The notes under the pieces: model-generated
What the model saw: only the letters and a program-made list of their open reading frames with translations
Told to the model about the DNA's origin: nothing
The model's database searches: none
Part shown: piece by piece, positions 25,023-37,718 of the stretch
Layout: the number at the start of each line of letters is the position of its first letter
How positions within the stretch are numbered: position 1 is the first letter of the stretch
DNA from: Podarcis liolepis
Lineage: Eukaryota
Direction: 5' to 3' (one strand)
NCBI GenBank assembly: GCA_965112155.1
Contig: OZ218110.1
Length of the DNA stretch: 64,000 nt
Position numbers and translations under genes: made by a program

Positions 25023-25294
25023 TCAACATCAACAACATCAACAATATAATGAACAGTGATCACCCTGTGTGTTATATAATTCATGTAAAAGAGGGATAGA
25101 AGCTAGAATCAAACCACTAGGTGCTGCTTGAAGCCATGTAAAATCCTGACCTTAAATATGTCTTTGGCCTCAGAGACCAAATAACAAACAGGTGGGGGGA
25201 GTGCTGGCATGCTAACGGGGACAAATATCTCAGAGAGCGTCTGTGGACAATGGAGGGTTTTTGCTTGGCTGCAGAGTCACTTCCTCTCACTGTG

Positions 25295-25736
25295 TCTCTT
25301 GCACAGTAATACACAGCCGTGTCCTCTAGTTTCAGGTTGTTCATTTGCAGATAGTGGAGGCTGTTGGAATTGTCCCTGGAGATGGTGAACCGTCCCTTGA
25401 CTTTATCCGAGTAGCGTTTGGCAGATGAATCTGTACTTATGTCTCCCACCCAATCCAGGCCCTTTCCAGGAGCCTGCCTCACCCACACCATCCAGTAGCT
25501 GCTGTAGGTGAAGCCAGAGGCTTGACAGGAGAGGTGGAGGGACTCCCCAGGTCTCTTGACATCCCCTCCAGACTCAACCAGCAGGACTCCAGATTGGGCA
25601 CCTAAAAAGAAAGACATTTTAGCATAACTGCTGCATGTTATTACACTCAGAGTGTCCCATGCTTCTTGATTTGAGAACGGATGAATTTACCTCCAAGAGC
25701 TGCAGAAAATAAAACAAGTTGTAGCAAAAGTATCAT
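25295..25736 (-). CDS. IGHV: IGHV segment VH8 (family 1, divergent subgroup), open; CDR1 [11 protein letters not shown]2 ISTDSSAK
   Basis: Leader 25691-25736, V exon 25295-25601. Heptamer 25288-25294, nonamer GCAAAAACC 25256-25264. Canonical ATGCAAAT 25847-25854. Confidence 0.95.
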
Positions 25737-26132
25737 CTTCCTTATCTAATGCTAGAGAGCTGAGTGAAAAGTGGCCTCAGGTATTCAGGGTCACTGGTGC
25801 TGGGAGGAGGTCTGACCATCCTAAATAGGTGTCTCTCTCTCTGAAAATTTGCATACCCAGCTGGAGAAAAGCAGCAACAGAGACTTCAGGCAGTCTCTGA
25901 CTGTAGGCATATCTAGTCTTTGAAAAATTCTGCTTCCTCGTTAACGTACAACTTCCGTACTTCTTAACAAGGGTGGAAATATATATCTTTCTAAGGATAA
26001 AATGAATACACAAACATTTGAGGGGGAAAAGAATCCCCTTGAACATGCCATGTACTCCCGGTGAACAATTTCTTGACATTGTTGCAGGGAGGAATTGTGC
26101 CAGAATGGCAAGTTCAAGTGAAGCAGCAGAAG

Positions 26133-26432
26133 GGAAGAAGAAGAAGAAGAAGAAGAAGAAGAAGAAGAAGAAGAAGAAGAAGAAGAAGAAGAGGAGGAGT
26201 TTGGATTTGATATCCCGCTTTATCACTACCCGAAGGAGTCTCAAAGCGGCTAACATTCTCCTTTCCCTTCCTCCCCCACAACAAACACTGTGAGGTGAGT
26301 GGGGCTGAGAGACTTCAGAGAAGTGTGACTGGCCCAAGGTCACCCAGCAGCTGCATGCGGAGGAGTGGGGAATCGAACCCGGTTCACCAGACTACGAGAC
26401 CACCGCTCTTAACCACTACACCACACTGGCTC
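26133..26432 (-). mobile_element. Young tRNA-derived SINE (Squam3-like) with (TTC)n tail
   Basis: Minus strand: GAGCCAGTGTGGTGTAGTGG (box A) ... GGTTCGATTCC (box B) ... CTT tail. AAGGGAA-like duplication on both sides. Empty site at ~46745. Family name from memory. Confidence 0.85.
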
Positions 26433-27101
26433 TTAAGGGAAAGCTTAAGTTAAGCACCAATTTAATTCGGTCATGGCCGATGGCATTTTCTGTTCTTCGC
26501 ACCATGACTGCCCCCTTGGGGAGACGAGGAGGAGGAGGTTGTGGTGGTAGGGAGTTCTGAGGTCTTGTATTTTGACAAGATGGTTAATATGTGATAGGAT
26601 AAAGATTTATGAATTTTCCTTCAGTGATGACAGAAGATGTGTTCTAAGACTATAATAAGAAAGGGGATGGAAGCTAGAATTATACTTTAACTAGGAGGTT
26701 TCAGAAATCAGACTCTCCTTTGTTGGAGGTTTTTAAGCAGAGGTTGTCAGGGATTCTTGCATTTAGCAAAAGAAGTGTTAATTTACCAATCCCAAGTGTT
26801 ATCTTACCAATCTTAAGCAATAGAGGGCATCTGTGTTTGTTTGGTGTCAAACTCATGCCTGACAATTCTGTTGCACACCATCCCAATCTCCGAGAAGCAA
26901 AAAATTCCAGGGGTCAGAGGTGCATTCAGGGGAACATGACAAGTATGGTTGCACTACACTTGGAGTCTTGGGGTGCCATAACTATGATTTAGTATGGAGC
27001 ATGAGAGGTGGGGGTTTCAGTTTTTGGCATCGCACAGGGTGCTGCTGAAATTTGAGATCCCAAGGTTCAGCACTGCAGGGTTTCCAGCCCTTGGTGTAGA
27101 T

Positions 27102-27434
27102 CAGGGGTCTGCAACCCGCGGCTCCAGAGCTGCATGTGGCTCTTTTACACCTTTGCCGCGGCTCCGGGGCGGATACTAGCAAGGGGAGGAGGCGCATTGT
27201 GCGCCCCGACACTCCCCACTGTGGCGGGCGCTGTACTGGCTGTTGTGACGTCACATGGGGGCGGTGTGTGCCTTAGCCACGCACTGTCACGACGTCACCT
27301 TCCCGCCCGCTGTCAGATCGGAGGGCAGTGGCGCACATGCTTTAAATGTCGCAATGGTTTTGCGGCTCCCAGTTTTTTCCCCTTCGGAAACGGGTCCAAG
27401 TGGCTCTTTTTGTCTTAAAGGTTGCAGACCCCTG
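27102..27434. mobile_element. hAT-superfamily MITE (333 bp)
   Basis: TIR CAGGGGTCTGCAAC/GTTGCAGACCCCTG. 8-bp TSD GTGTAGAT (27094-27101, 27435-27442). Empty site at ~48520. Confidence 0.95.
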
Positions 27435-28020
27435 GTGTAGATGAACCAGACAGTAGAGTCACACTTTAAAATATGAAGTATTTCTCTCCTCTCAAAAATC
27501 ACTATATAGGTTGAACTAGGCACACATCATACTGCACATGTCCTGCTTCCACATTATGTATTGCATAATCACTATCTATGACAGTTTTATTTTAATGCGT
27601 CCAATCTATAGGACACCTAGATTAGGAGAGAAGTCAATTGTGTCATGGATTCCTCCTCCATGAATTTTTACTAATGGGCTGAAGAACTAGAGAGATGTCT
27701 CTCATGGCTTCAGGGTCTCAAGGGGCTCATACAAAGTTGGTTCACATGGAAATGTCTGAGGAAAATATGAGGAAATGATTACAGATGAAATCACCAGTGA
27801 TACTTCAAGCACCATTTTATGTTAGTTGTGGTTGATGATATTGTTAGTTCTTTGCACCATGGCTCTCCCTTTGTGTGTTCCTTGTGACGCGCAGAGAAAT
27901 GTATCAGTCTGAATTATCTAAATACTTTTATTCAATTTCTTGATTCTGAATCAATTCAGAGGGCAGCTGCAGGCAAAGGAAGGCTTTTGCCTGGGTTCAG
28001 ATTCACTTCCTCTCACTGTG

Positions 28021-29318
28021 TATGTCTGCTACACAGTAATACACAGCCATGTCCTCAGGTTTAAGGCTGTTCATTTGAATCATAGAATCATAGAGTTGGA
28101 AGAGACCACAAGGGCCATCAAGTCCAACCCCCTGCCAAGCAGGAAACACCATCAGAGCACTCCTGACATATGGTTGTTAAGCCTCTGCTTAAAGACCTCC
28201 AAAGAAGGAGACTCCACCACACTCCTCGGCAGCAAATTCCAATGTCGAACAGCTCTTACTGTCAGGAAGTTCTTCCTAATGTTTAGGTGGAATCTTCTTT
28301 CTTGTAGTTTGGATCCATTGTTCCGTGTCCGCTTCTCTGGAGCAGCAGAAAACAACCTTTCTCCCTCCTCTATGTGACATCCTTTTATATATTTGAACAT
28401 GGCTATCATATCACCCCTTAACCTCCTCTTCTCCAGGCTAAACATGCCCAGCTCCCTTAGCCGTTCCTCATAAGGCATCGTTTCCAGGCCTTTGACCATT
28501 TTGGTTGCCCTCCTCTGGACACGTTCCAGTTTGTCAGTGTCCTTCTTGAATTGTGGTGCCCAGAACTGGACACAGTACTCCAGGTGAGGTCTGACCAGAG
28601 CAGAATACAGTGACACTATTACTTCCCTTGATCTAGATGCTATACTCCTATTGATGAGGCCCAGAATTGCATTGGCTTTTTTAGCTGCCGCGTCACACTG
28701 GTGGCTCATGTCAAGTTTGTGGTCAACCAAGACTCCTAGATCCTTTTCACATATACTGCTCTCAAGCCAGGTGTCACCCATCTTGTATTTGTGCCTCTCA
28801 TTTTTTTTGCCCAAGTGCAATACTTTACATTTCTCCCTGTTAACATTCATATTGTTTGTTTTTGCCCAGTTCTCTAATCTGTCAAGGTCGTTTTGAAGTG
28901 TGATCCTGTCCTCTGGGGTGCTAGCCACCTCTCCCAGTTTGCAGATAGAGGAGGCTGTTGGAATTATCCCTGGAGATGGTGAATCGTCCCTTCACTTTAT
29001 CCAAGTAGCGAATGTCAGGTGAACCTGCATTTATATTCCAGGCCATTTCCCTGAGCCTGTCTTCCACAGTGCATCCATTTGCTGCTGAAGGTGAACCCAG
29101 AGGCTCGACAGGAGAGTCAGAGGGACTCCCCAGGCCTTTTCAAATCCCCTCCAGACTCCACCAGCTGGACCTCTGACTGGATAGCTAGAAAGAAAGGCAT
29201 TTTAAGAGACCTGGTGTATGTCTTTAACACCCATAATGTACTAGCTTTCTTCAGCAGAAAGGATGGATTTACCTCCAAAGGCTGCTGAAAAGAAAACAAG
29301 CTGAAGCAAAGCTATCAT
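28021..29318 (-). pseudogene. IGHV: IGHV pseudogene VH9 (paralogue of VH1), disrupted by a CR1 insertion in FR3 and an 11-bp FR2/CDR2 deletion
   Basis: Leader 29273-29318; V pieces 28942-29184 and 28021-28077. Conserved Trp codon is TGT. Heptamer 28014-28020, nonamer GCAAAAGCC 27982-27990. Confidence 0.94.
28078..28941 (-). mobile_element. 5'-truncated CR1 (ORF2 C-terminus and 3' UTR), near-identical to the element at 1-4413
   Basis: ORF 28152-28928 matches the ORF2 C-terminus. Tail AATCATAGAATCATAG at 28078. TTTG at both junctions. Confidence 0.96.
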
Positions 29319-31035
29319 TTTCCCTGTGTGAAATGTTGTCCCAGGCATGCAGGCAAAGGGAGGGTGTCTGACTGCCTTTGAGAGGAAGCTTCCTCTGAAG
29401 ATTTACATACCCATTAGGATAAAAGGACTAGCAGAAACATTTGGCAATGTAGAACTGGAGGCGTGTCTGCTCTTTGCAAAAATATTCTTCTTTACTACAA
29501 TACAATGCACACAGCTCTTTACAGTGGTGGATTTATGTATCCATATCAGGTTAGAAAAGCAACACAGGCTTCTTTTTTTGAACATGTCCAGTGCCCTTAT
29601 TAGGGATGGTGGTGAACGGCTCATTAACTTAAATGGAATGATATGATCAAATGAGGTTTCAGAAAGTTTAGATTGGGAATTAAATAAACATGTAGACAAG
29701 GGCACAGGAAAGAGGGAATTTTTTTTGTCAAATGTCATCTCTTAAAGGTTTTAAACAAAAAGGTAGAAGATACAGTTTATCCTGCCTTAAGACCAAATAA
29801 TTCTGCACCAGGCAAGGCATGCTCACAGTTCCTTATTTTTACCTTTCTCAAAACAACAAAAGTCATTTATAATGTGCCCTTTGCAATGTGTGAATGAGGA
29901 AATATGAAAAATGTGTTTGCATCCTGGGTTGCTAACATGCTGCCCATGGGTGCCCATGCATCTGCAGAAAGCTTCCCTGGTTCTCTCTCTCTCCCCCCCC
30001 CCCCCAGATTAGCCTTTAAATAAGCACAGTCTGTATAACAGGTTGTGGTGTGTGGTGGGTTGCTTGTGGTGTTTGTGCATAGTGCCCATAACAGATTTTT
30101 CTGATATCCATATGTGCCCATGGGTTGTTGGTGGCTCCTGGCCTACATGAACCAGACACTTGAGTCACAAAAAAATAAAATAAAAAAATAAAATAAAAAA
30201 TGAACAGGGGAATCTTTTGCTGATCAAACAATCGCTATTGGTATCTCCAAAAGTAGAACTAGGAACAAATGTGTGTTGTTCTAAAGGTCTGCCTATTTCA
30301 ACCTGCTTACCTAATGAAGAACTTATGCACCCAAAGTTAATGNNNNNNNNNNNNNNNNNNNNNNNNNNNNNNNNNNNNNNNNNNNNNNNNNNNNNNNNNN
30401 NNNNNNNNNNNNNNNNNNNNNNNNNNNNNNNNNNNNNNNNNNNNNNNNNNNNNNNNNNNNNNNNNNNNNNNNNNCATGCGATCTCAACACAGGCATGTGT
30501 GCACATGTAGAAAGTGATCTCAACCCAATATGTTAAATTAAACATAAAAAGGCCTTAACTTCCAAAGAAATGTAGATAGTGAGCATCACGTGTTACATTG
30601 CCCATGAAAAACAATGATAGAAACAAGAATATAACCATATATAGGAAGGTGTTGAAGACAAGATTTCTATATTTTTAAGATTTCTATATTTTTAAGAGTT
30701 ATGCTCTTCCCTCTCAAACACTGTCAAGCAATGGATATCTCACCCTTTCCCTGGTCCAGTGTCTACCTGAGCGCTGCAAGGAAGAACAATGTTAAGTATT
30801 GTGAAAATAGCTGGAGCCTGTGAGTGCTGCTTGAACCTCTGCAAAACCATAACCTGGAATGTGTTTTGAGGTCTCATTGTAAAATAGGATGGTGAATGTT
30901 GATGTGCAAAAGGGGACATGAAAATATTCCTTTAAACTATAAGTTGCAATGCTTGTTCCTCAAGATTGTAATTGAGAGCACCCATGTGAAAAGGAGGGTT
31001 TTTGTCTGGCTTCAGATTCACTTCCTCTCACTGTG

Positions 31036-31476
31036 TCTCTTGCACAGTAATACACAGCCGTGTCTTCCAATTTAAGGCTGTTCATTTGCAGATAGAGGAG
31101 GCTGTTGGAATTGTCCCTGGAGATGGTGAATCGTCCCTTGACTTTATCCAAGTAGTAAATGTAATCAGATTGGGGATATATGTAGGCTACCCATTCCAGG
31201 CCCTTTCCAGGAGCCTGCCTCACCCACGCCATGTAGTAGCTGCTGAAGGTGAACCCAGAGGCTTGGCAGGAGAGGTGGAGGGACTCCCTAGGCCTTTTCA
31301 CATCTCCCCCAGACTCAACCAGCTGGACCTCCGACTGGACACCTAGAAAGAAAGGCATATTGAGAGACCAGATCCATGTTATGAACACCTAGAATGTACC
31401 AGCTTTCTTTAACTGGAAGAATGAATTTACCTTCAAAAACTGCTGAAAAGAAAACCAGTTGAAGGAAAACTATCAT
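31036..31476 (-). CDS. IGHV: IGHV segment VH10 (paralogue of VH2), open
   Basis: Leader 31431-31476, V exon 31036-31342. Consensus RSS (31029-31035, 30997-31005). ATGTAAAT 31580-31587. One amino-acid difference from VH2 (KSED>KLED). Confidence 0.96.
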
Positions 31477-33757
31477 TTTCCTGGTCTGATTCTTTGAGAG
31501 AGTTAAGCAAGAAGCGGTCCCACATGTGCATGGGAAGGGAGGTTCTCTGACTGCTTTAAAGAGGAAGCTCTCTCTGAAGATTTACATACCCATCGGTATA
31601 AAAGTACCAACAGAGACTCTGGGCAGTGAGGGACTGGAGTCATGTCTGCACATTGTCAGAAATCTCCTTCTTTGCTGCTGCACAGTTTATACAGGTCTTT
31701 ACAGTGATGCTTTGATGTATAACTCTCAGGGGGGGAAAGCAACACAAGTGTTCAGAAATTCCATCACTTTCAGCATGCCCAGTATATGTACCGTTGAAGG
31801 TGGGGACCAATTTCTTACCATAAATATGGAGCGGAATTGGGCTGGAAGGATATGGTCAAATGAAGTAGAAGAAAATTTAGATTAAATATGAAGTAACACT
31901 GTAAATCACAGCTCAGCAAAGAAATGAAATGTCTGTGGAATGCTCTCTCTTAAAGGCTTTAAATAAAAATATATATGAATAGCATATGTATAAGAATCCC
32001 GTCTTAATGTTGAATAGTAGAGCACATGACATAACATTCTCACAGCTCCTTGTTCTTGCTCTCCTCAAAGCACAGGGAATCCTGTATTTGTAATATATAA
32101 ATGAGAAATATAAAAGCTGTGTTTACATGGGGGGGGGGTCACTAACATGGAACTCGTGAGCGCGTATATATGCAGGTTCAGTAACATTCACTATTTGTTT
32201 GTCAAGGCATCCTCCCTATTCTTTGGTCCTCCACAATACCAAGAATAAGATACACAACAACCAATACTTGGGTGAAATCAGGCCACAACTTTATTGACAA
32301 CAAAAGTTTGGCATAGATATTGGGTATACCCCTTCCCTTTCTGGCAAAAGAACTTGTGTTTTGGGGATAACAAGAAATGAGGGAGTCAATAAAGGGGTAT
32401 CTCCTCCACTGGATTGCACCTGGGGAGTGCTGTGGATCCTCACCCCTGCCTGGGCATCCCAACTGATGTATCTCCCCACGATCCCTTTAACGGGATATTC
32501 CATTTCAAAGGCAGAGGCTACAACCTCCCCTCAGAACACGACTTTGCCTATCCAATGCCTAAACTGTCAAAGTTGTGACATTTGCAATGAGGATGGCAAA
32601 AGGCAGAGGGCTGAGTTGGAAAATTTCACCTAAAACGGTGATCATCTATGCTATTGCAAGGTGGAGCAGAACAACATACAATAGCAATATGTAATGTGGG
32701 TGGGTGGGAATCCAATGAAAAGTGGCTGCAGAACAAGCCATGGGCCTGTGTTATATACTGGAGGAACGAGCTTTAACTTGGTTGCCCATGTTTGCTCCCG
32801 ATTCACTGATTAGGCAAGTGGACAAGGCAAATTACTGAAGCAACAAGTTTGGCCAAGAGCCTTCCTTTGATGCCTGGGAATCCCAAGTCAGATCCTGGCA
32901 TGCAAGGGAATGCCAGCCAACAATGATGCCCACCCAAGAGGGGGAATTCATTTCTGATAGTATCCTCTCTTCCCAATGGAAATTTGGTTTCAAAGAATCT
33001 CTTTAGTGTAGCCAATAGAACAAGTTGTGGTGTGTAGCTGGTTGTGGTGTTTGTGTGTGTAGTGCCCAGTATAGAATGTTTGATGGCCCTTGGAGTAAAT
33101 GAAAAAGAGAACTGAATCACAATTTAAAAATAAATATTTGTAGATCTGATCTGGAACCTGAAATCATAATTTGAGGCCATTTTTTCATGTTCCTCCTCCA
33201 CAAGAGGTCTGAAGGGTGGCAAAATGAGAAGGATCCATTTCTGAAATGTATTCCTGTTTGTGGAATGCTCTCCCCAGTGAGGATTGCCTGGAACCATCAT
33301 TATAAATCTGTAGGCACCAGGCAAAACCTTTCCTCTATAACCAGGCCTTTGGCCTTTAACTATTTGTGGTCTCTTAAAAGTGGGTGAGTTGTTTTTAATG
33401 TATTCTTCTTTCCTTTTTGTTTTAACATATCTATAAAGGGTGTTTTGTTTCTTTGGTTGTAAGTCTCATTGGATTGCCCTGGGCGAGATTAAGGAACTGA
33501 TAAATTCATAATAATAACACTAATAAATGATTATAGTTTGCCTGGGGAGAGCCGTAGGTATACAGCTGCATGGCTAGCTGGCTGTCTCCGTTTGAATGGG
33601 CAGACTATCGGTCTAAATTATTTTAACAGGTTTCTTTGGTCTCTGGCAGCTAATAGAATGTCCCTATCTTCATTTGGAATGTTGGAGGGAATGCAACTCC
33701 TCTGTTTGATTGAAGGAGGGTTATTGTCTGGCTTCAGATTCACTTCCTCTCACTGTG

Positions 33758-34198
33758 TCTCTTGCACAGTAATACACAGCCGTGTCTTCCGATTTAAGGC
33801 GGTTCATTTGCAGATAGAGGAGGCTGTTGGAATTGTCCCTGGAGATGGTGAATCTTCCCTTCACTTTATCCAAGTAGTGAATTGTACCCGAAGTGGAGCT
33901 TATGTAGGCCACCCATTCCAGGCCCTTCCCAGGAGCCTGTCTCACCCAGTGCATGCCATAGTCCCCAAAGTTGAATCCTGAGGCTTCACAGGAGAGGTGG
34001 AGGGATTCCCCAGGCCTTTTCACATCTCCTCCAGACTCCACCAGCTGGACCTCTGATTGAACACCTAGAAAGAAGGGCATTTTTAGAATTCTGCTGCATG
34101 TTATTAACTCCCAGAGTACCCCAACCATCTTTAACTGAAAGGATGTATTTACCTCCCAAAGCTACTGAAAGGAAAACTAGTTGAAGCAAAACTATCAT
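33758..34198 (-). CDS. IGHV: IGHV segment VH11 (paralogue of VH3), open
   Basis: Leader 34153-34198, V exon 33758-34064. Heptamer 33751-33757, nonamer ACAATAACC 33719-33727. ATGCAAAT 34302-34309. Confidence 0.96.
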
Positions 34199-36013
34199 TT
34201 TACTTGTCTAAACCTGTGAGAGTGTTGAGCAAAATTTGGTCCCAAATATGCAGAGGAAGGGAGGCTGTGTGACTGCTTTAAAGGAGAAGCTTTCGCTGAA
34301 AATTTGCATACCCATCAAGATAAAAGCACCAACAGAGACTTTGGGCAATGAACGACTAAAGGCATATCTGGACTTTGCAAAAATCTGTCTCTTCGACACT
34401 TTTTGACATTTGCAGAGCTCTTTACATCTGTGGATATGTGTACCTCACAGGATGCACAAGCAACATGGAAACTCTGGGCTCATCAACACTTCCCTTTGTC
34501 CTGTGGGTCCAGGATGTTCTTTTGTTTAGTTGCTTTCCCCTGGTTCTACTGAACCATAACAAATGTCAATCCACAGAAAACCTGGTTGATTTTTGTTCCT
34601 ATTCAGTGTCAAACCACGGCTTTTCCTGGAGAAAGTGATGGGAGAAAAGAAAACACAGGAATAAGAGTAGTGTGGGCAAGCCCACTTTCACTCAGAGCAT
34701 GCCAAGCACTTTATGGAAGACAGTGCATGATTCCTGAACATGCTTTAAGGAGAATCAGGCTGCAATAATGTGAAGAAATGAAGTTGGAGAGAGATGATGA
34801 TCATGATGATGATGATTTTATTATACTTATATATCACTCTTCATCATTAAATCCCAGGATGGTTCACAAACTAAAATACAATGTAAAAGCATAAATAAAT
34901 AGTTAAAACGTTAAGAACGTCAGCAGTCATGACTTGTCACAGCAGCTGTGAGGGAGTCTTTGGCCTGACTGTGGTGGTGGCTGAGGAAGTGGGACATTTA
35001 AACAGAAGCCAGGATGGCTTTTGTAGATCTGGGACGTTCTGCTCAAAGTAGGACAGTTGGAAGCTCTGCTGTACTACAAATATTTTGTTTACACATGCCC
35101 TCAATCTATAGGCCATTCATATTTGTAGAAAAGAAGATTGTGCCATGGATTCCTTCCCCAGAAACTGTTGCCTATGGGCTAAGGGCACAGAGATAATTGC
35201 TTGATAGTTTCTCAGGGACTCAAATTCTCAGGGGGCTCATAGAAGGTTGGTTGAGCAGGAAACATCTGAGAAAGTATTTGCTTCACAGATGAAATCACCA
35301 ACCGTAATTCGAGCAGCATTTTATTTCAGTCCTGGCAGATGGGGCGTTTTCTCATCTTTGCACCATGACTGCCCCCTTGTGAGAAACAAGAGATGGAAGA
35401 GGTCTGCATTTGTGACTAGATGCTTAATGTGCCAAATGACATTTGGTAGAGGATTAATGGCTTTTCCTTCCAGTGAAGCCAAATTCTCCTTTAGACCATT
35501 TGATCATCCTGATTTTTTTATTTTCATTCATTCGCAATTGCCTTACAATTTTTTTTTTTTTTTGTTTATCAATACTCAAAGAGTTTTAAAAACAAATCAG
35601 CAATGATCATATCTTGGTCACAATAATGCAATGCCATTAAACCTTGTTTTACCAAACTTTGCACCAGTGATGGAGCTTCATGCTCTGGAACCAGGGGGTG
35701 GAGAGCAGGCGGGAGAGGGGCTGGGGGCATCCCAGGGGAAGAGTGGACAGGGGCGTGGCACATGTCCTGGGGTGGGGCGTGCCACCTGCCGGGGGTGCCA
35801 GCCGCAGTGGTACCCCACCAGGATTGCGCTGCCAGGGGTGGTGCGCTCCTCCCCACACCTCTTCCTCCTCCAGTGCTTCTCACTGTAACCTCTGTCTACT
35901 AAACATGCTCTATACCTTTCAGTCTCACCAGATGCATTTCTTTTGATTGTATAAATCCACTTGCAGAAGGAGAGAGACTCTATCTATATCTATCTATCAT
36001 CTATCTATCTATC

Positions 36014-36056
<43 letters not shown>

Positions 36057-36117
36057 ATCTATCATCTATCTCTATCATCATCTATCTATATACCTATCTA
36101 TCATCTATCTAATATAT

Positions 36118-36485
36118 AGGGTTGGCGCCATCGCCGAATGGCGGACTCCCTCCGAGCTCCAGAGGGAGTCTGCTCGGCAGGGGTTGGGTCCCATCGTGCC
36201 GGCGACGCGGGGACCCTCAAAAACCATGGGCGCGGATGCCCATGGACCTGGTGACTCGGCCCGCACCGTTAGCGCCCCCCCGACCTGCGAAGGAGCCTTT
36301 TTAAATTTGGGGTAAGAACTTGTGGAACTAATCTAATGGAAGTGGAATACAAGAGGGAGAGGGGTGAGGAAGTCCTGGAAAGATGTTGATGAAAGCAAGA
36401 TTTAAAATGAAAATGCTTTTTTCTTTTCTTTTCTTTTTTGTGTTTTGGATTTTTTGGAAATTTTAATAAATATGATTAAAAAAAA
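36118..36485 (+). mobile_element. Internally deleted copy of the 11983-13842 element
   Basis: 5' and 3' ends joined at TTTTAAA (~36299-36305). Confidence 0.7.
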
Positions 36486-37080
36486 TACAATGTTTGTGTG
36501 TTTTGATAGGCAGCTCTCTGCATAAATAAAAGCCCTTGTTACACATGCATATCTGAATTGTTATATATGTTTGCTTTGCAGGAAGACCCTAAGGAGAAGC
36601 AGAGACTTGTGTGTGAAGGTGTCCCGACTCCATCCTTTCTCCCAATGAAGAAATTTCCACACCCAGAGGCCATGTAAAATGCTTTACGGCAACTAAATAA
36701 AGTATATGCACTACATAAAGAAAACATCATATGGCCTCACCATAGGCAAGTGCACACACGTGAGCCTTAAAAAGACCCTAACTTCCAAAAATGCATGAAC
36801 AGAGAGCATCATGTGTGTTATATAATTCATGTAAAAGAGGGACAGAAGCAGGAATTAAACCACAAGATGCTGCTTGAACCCATGTTAAATCCTGACCGTC
36901 TTTGGGTCACATAGACTTAAATAAGAAATATATTTAGGAGGGCTGACACACTAAAGGGGACAAACAAAAAATCTTTTGAACTACATGTTTCTTCAGTCTT
37001 TTGCAGCTGAACCATCTCAGAAAGCATCTGTGGGCAAAGGGGGGTTTTGTTTGGCTTCAGATTCACTTCCTCTCTCTGTG

Positions 37081-37530
37081 TCGCTTCTTTCTCTTGCACA
37101 GTAATAAACAGCCGTGTCTTCAGGTTTCAGATTGTTCATTTGCAGATAGAGGAGGCTGTTAGAATTGTCCCTGGAAGCGGTGAATCTTCCCTTCACTTTA
37201 TCCGAGTAGTAAATGTAATTAGATTGAGGATATATGTAGGCCACCCATTCCAGGCCTTTCCCAGGAGCCTGTCTCACCCAGTGCATGACATAGCCCCCAA
37301 AGTTGAATCCAGAGGCTCGGCAGGAGAGGCGGAGGGACTCCCCAGGCCTTTTTGCATCTCCCCCAGACTCAACCAGCTGGACCTCCGATTGGACACCTAG
37401 AAAGAAAGGCATGTTGAGAGACCAGATCCATGTTATTAACACCCAGTATGTACCAGCTTTCTTCAACTGGAAGAATGAATTTACCTTTCAAAGCTGCTGA
37501 AAAGAAAACAAGTTGAAGGAAAACTATCAT
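37081..37530 (-). CDS. IGHV: IGHV segment VH12 (positional paralogue of VH4), open, with a 9-nt 3' extension and variant RSS
   Basis: Leader 37485-37530, V exon 37081-37396 ending CARERS. Heptamer CACAGAG 37074-37080, nonamer ACAAAACCC 37042-37050. ATGTAAAT 37634-37641. Confidence 0.9.
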
Positions 37531-37718
37531 TTTCCTTCTCTGATTCTTTGAGAGAGTTTAGCAAGAAGTGGTCCCACGTATGCATGGGAAGGGAGGTTCG
37601 CTGACTGCTTTAAAGTGGAAGCTCTGTCTGAAGATTTACATACCCATCAGTATAAAAGCACCAACAGAGACTCTGGGCAGTGAGGGACTAGAGTCATGTC
37701 TGCACTTCGTCAGAAATC

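Larger units (their letters stand above)
4414..27520. repeat. Tandem segmental duplication, copy A (VH1-VH8)
   Basis: Colinear and highly similar to ~27670-48600, with matching VH order and flanks. Offset ~24.1 kb at VH2/VH10. Confidence 0.9.

Noticed and set aside
25777-26343. Poly-Phe and poly-Lys ORFs
   Set aside because: Translations of the SINE (GAA)n tail.
26360-26432. tRNA gene
   Set aside because: A and B boxes belong to the SINE head; followed by SINE body and tail.
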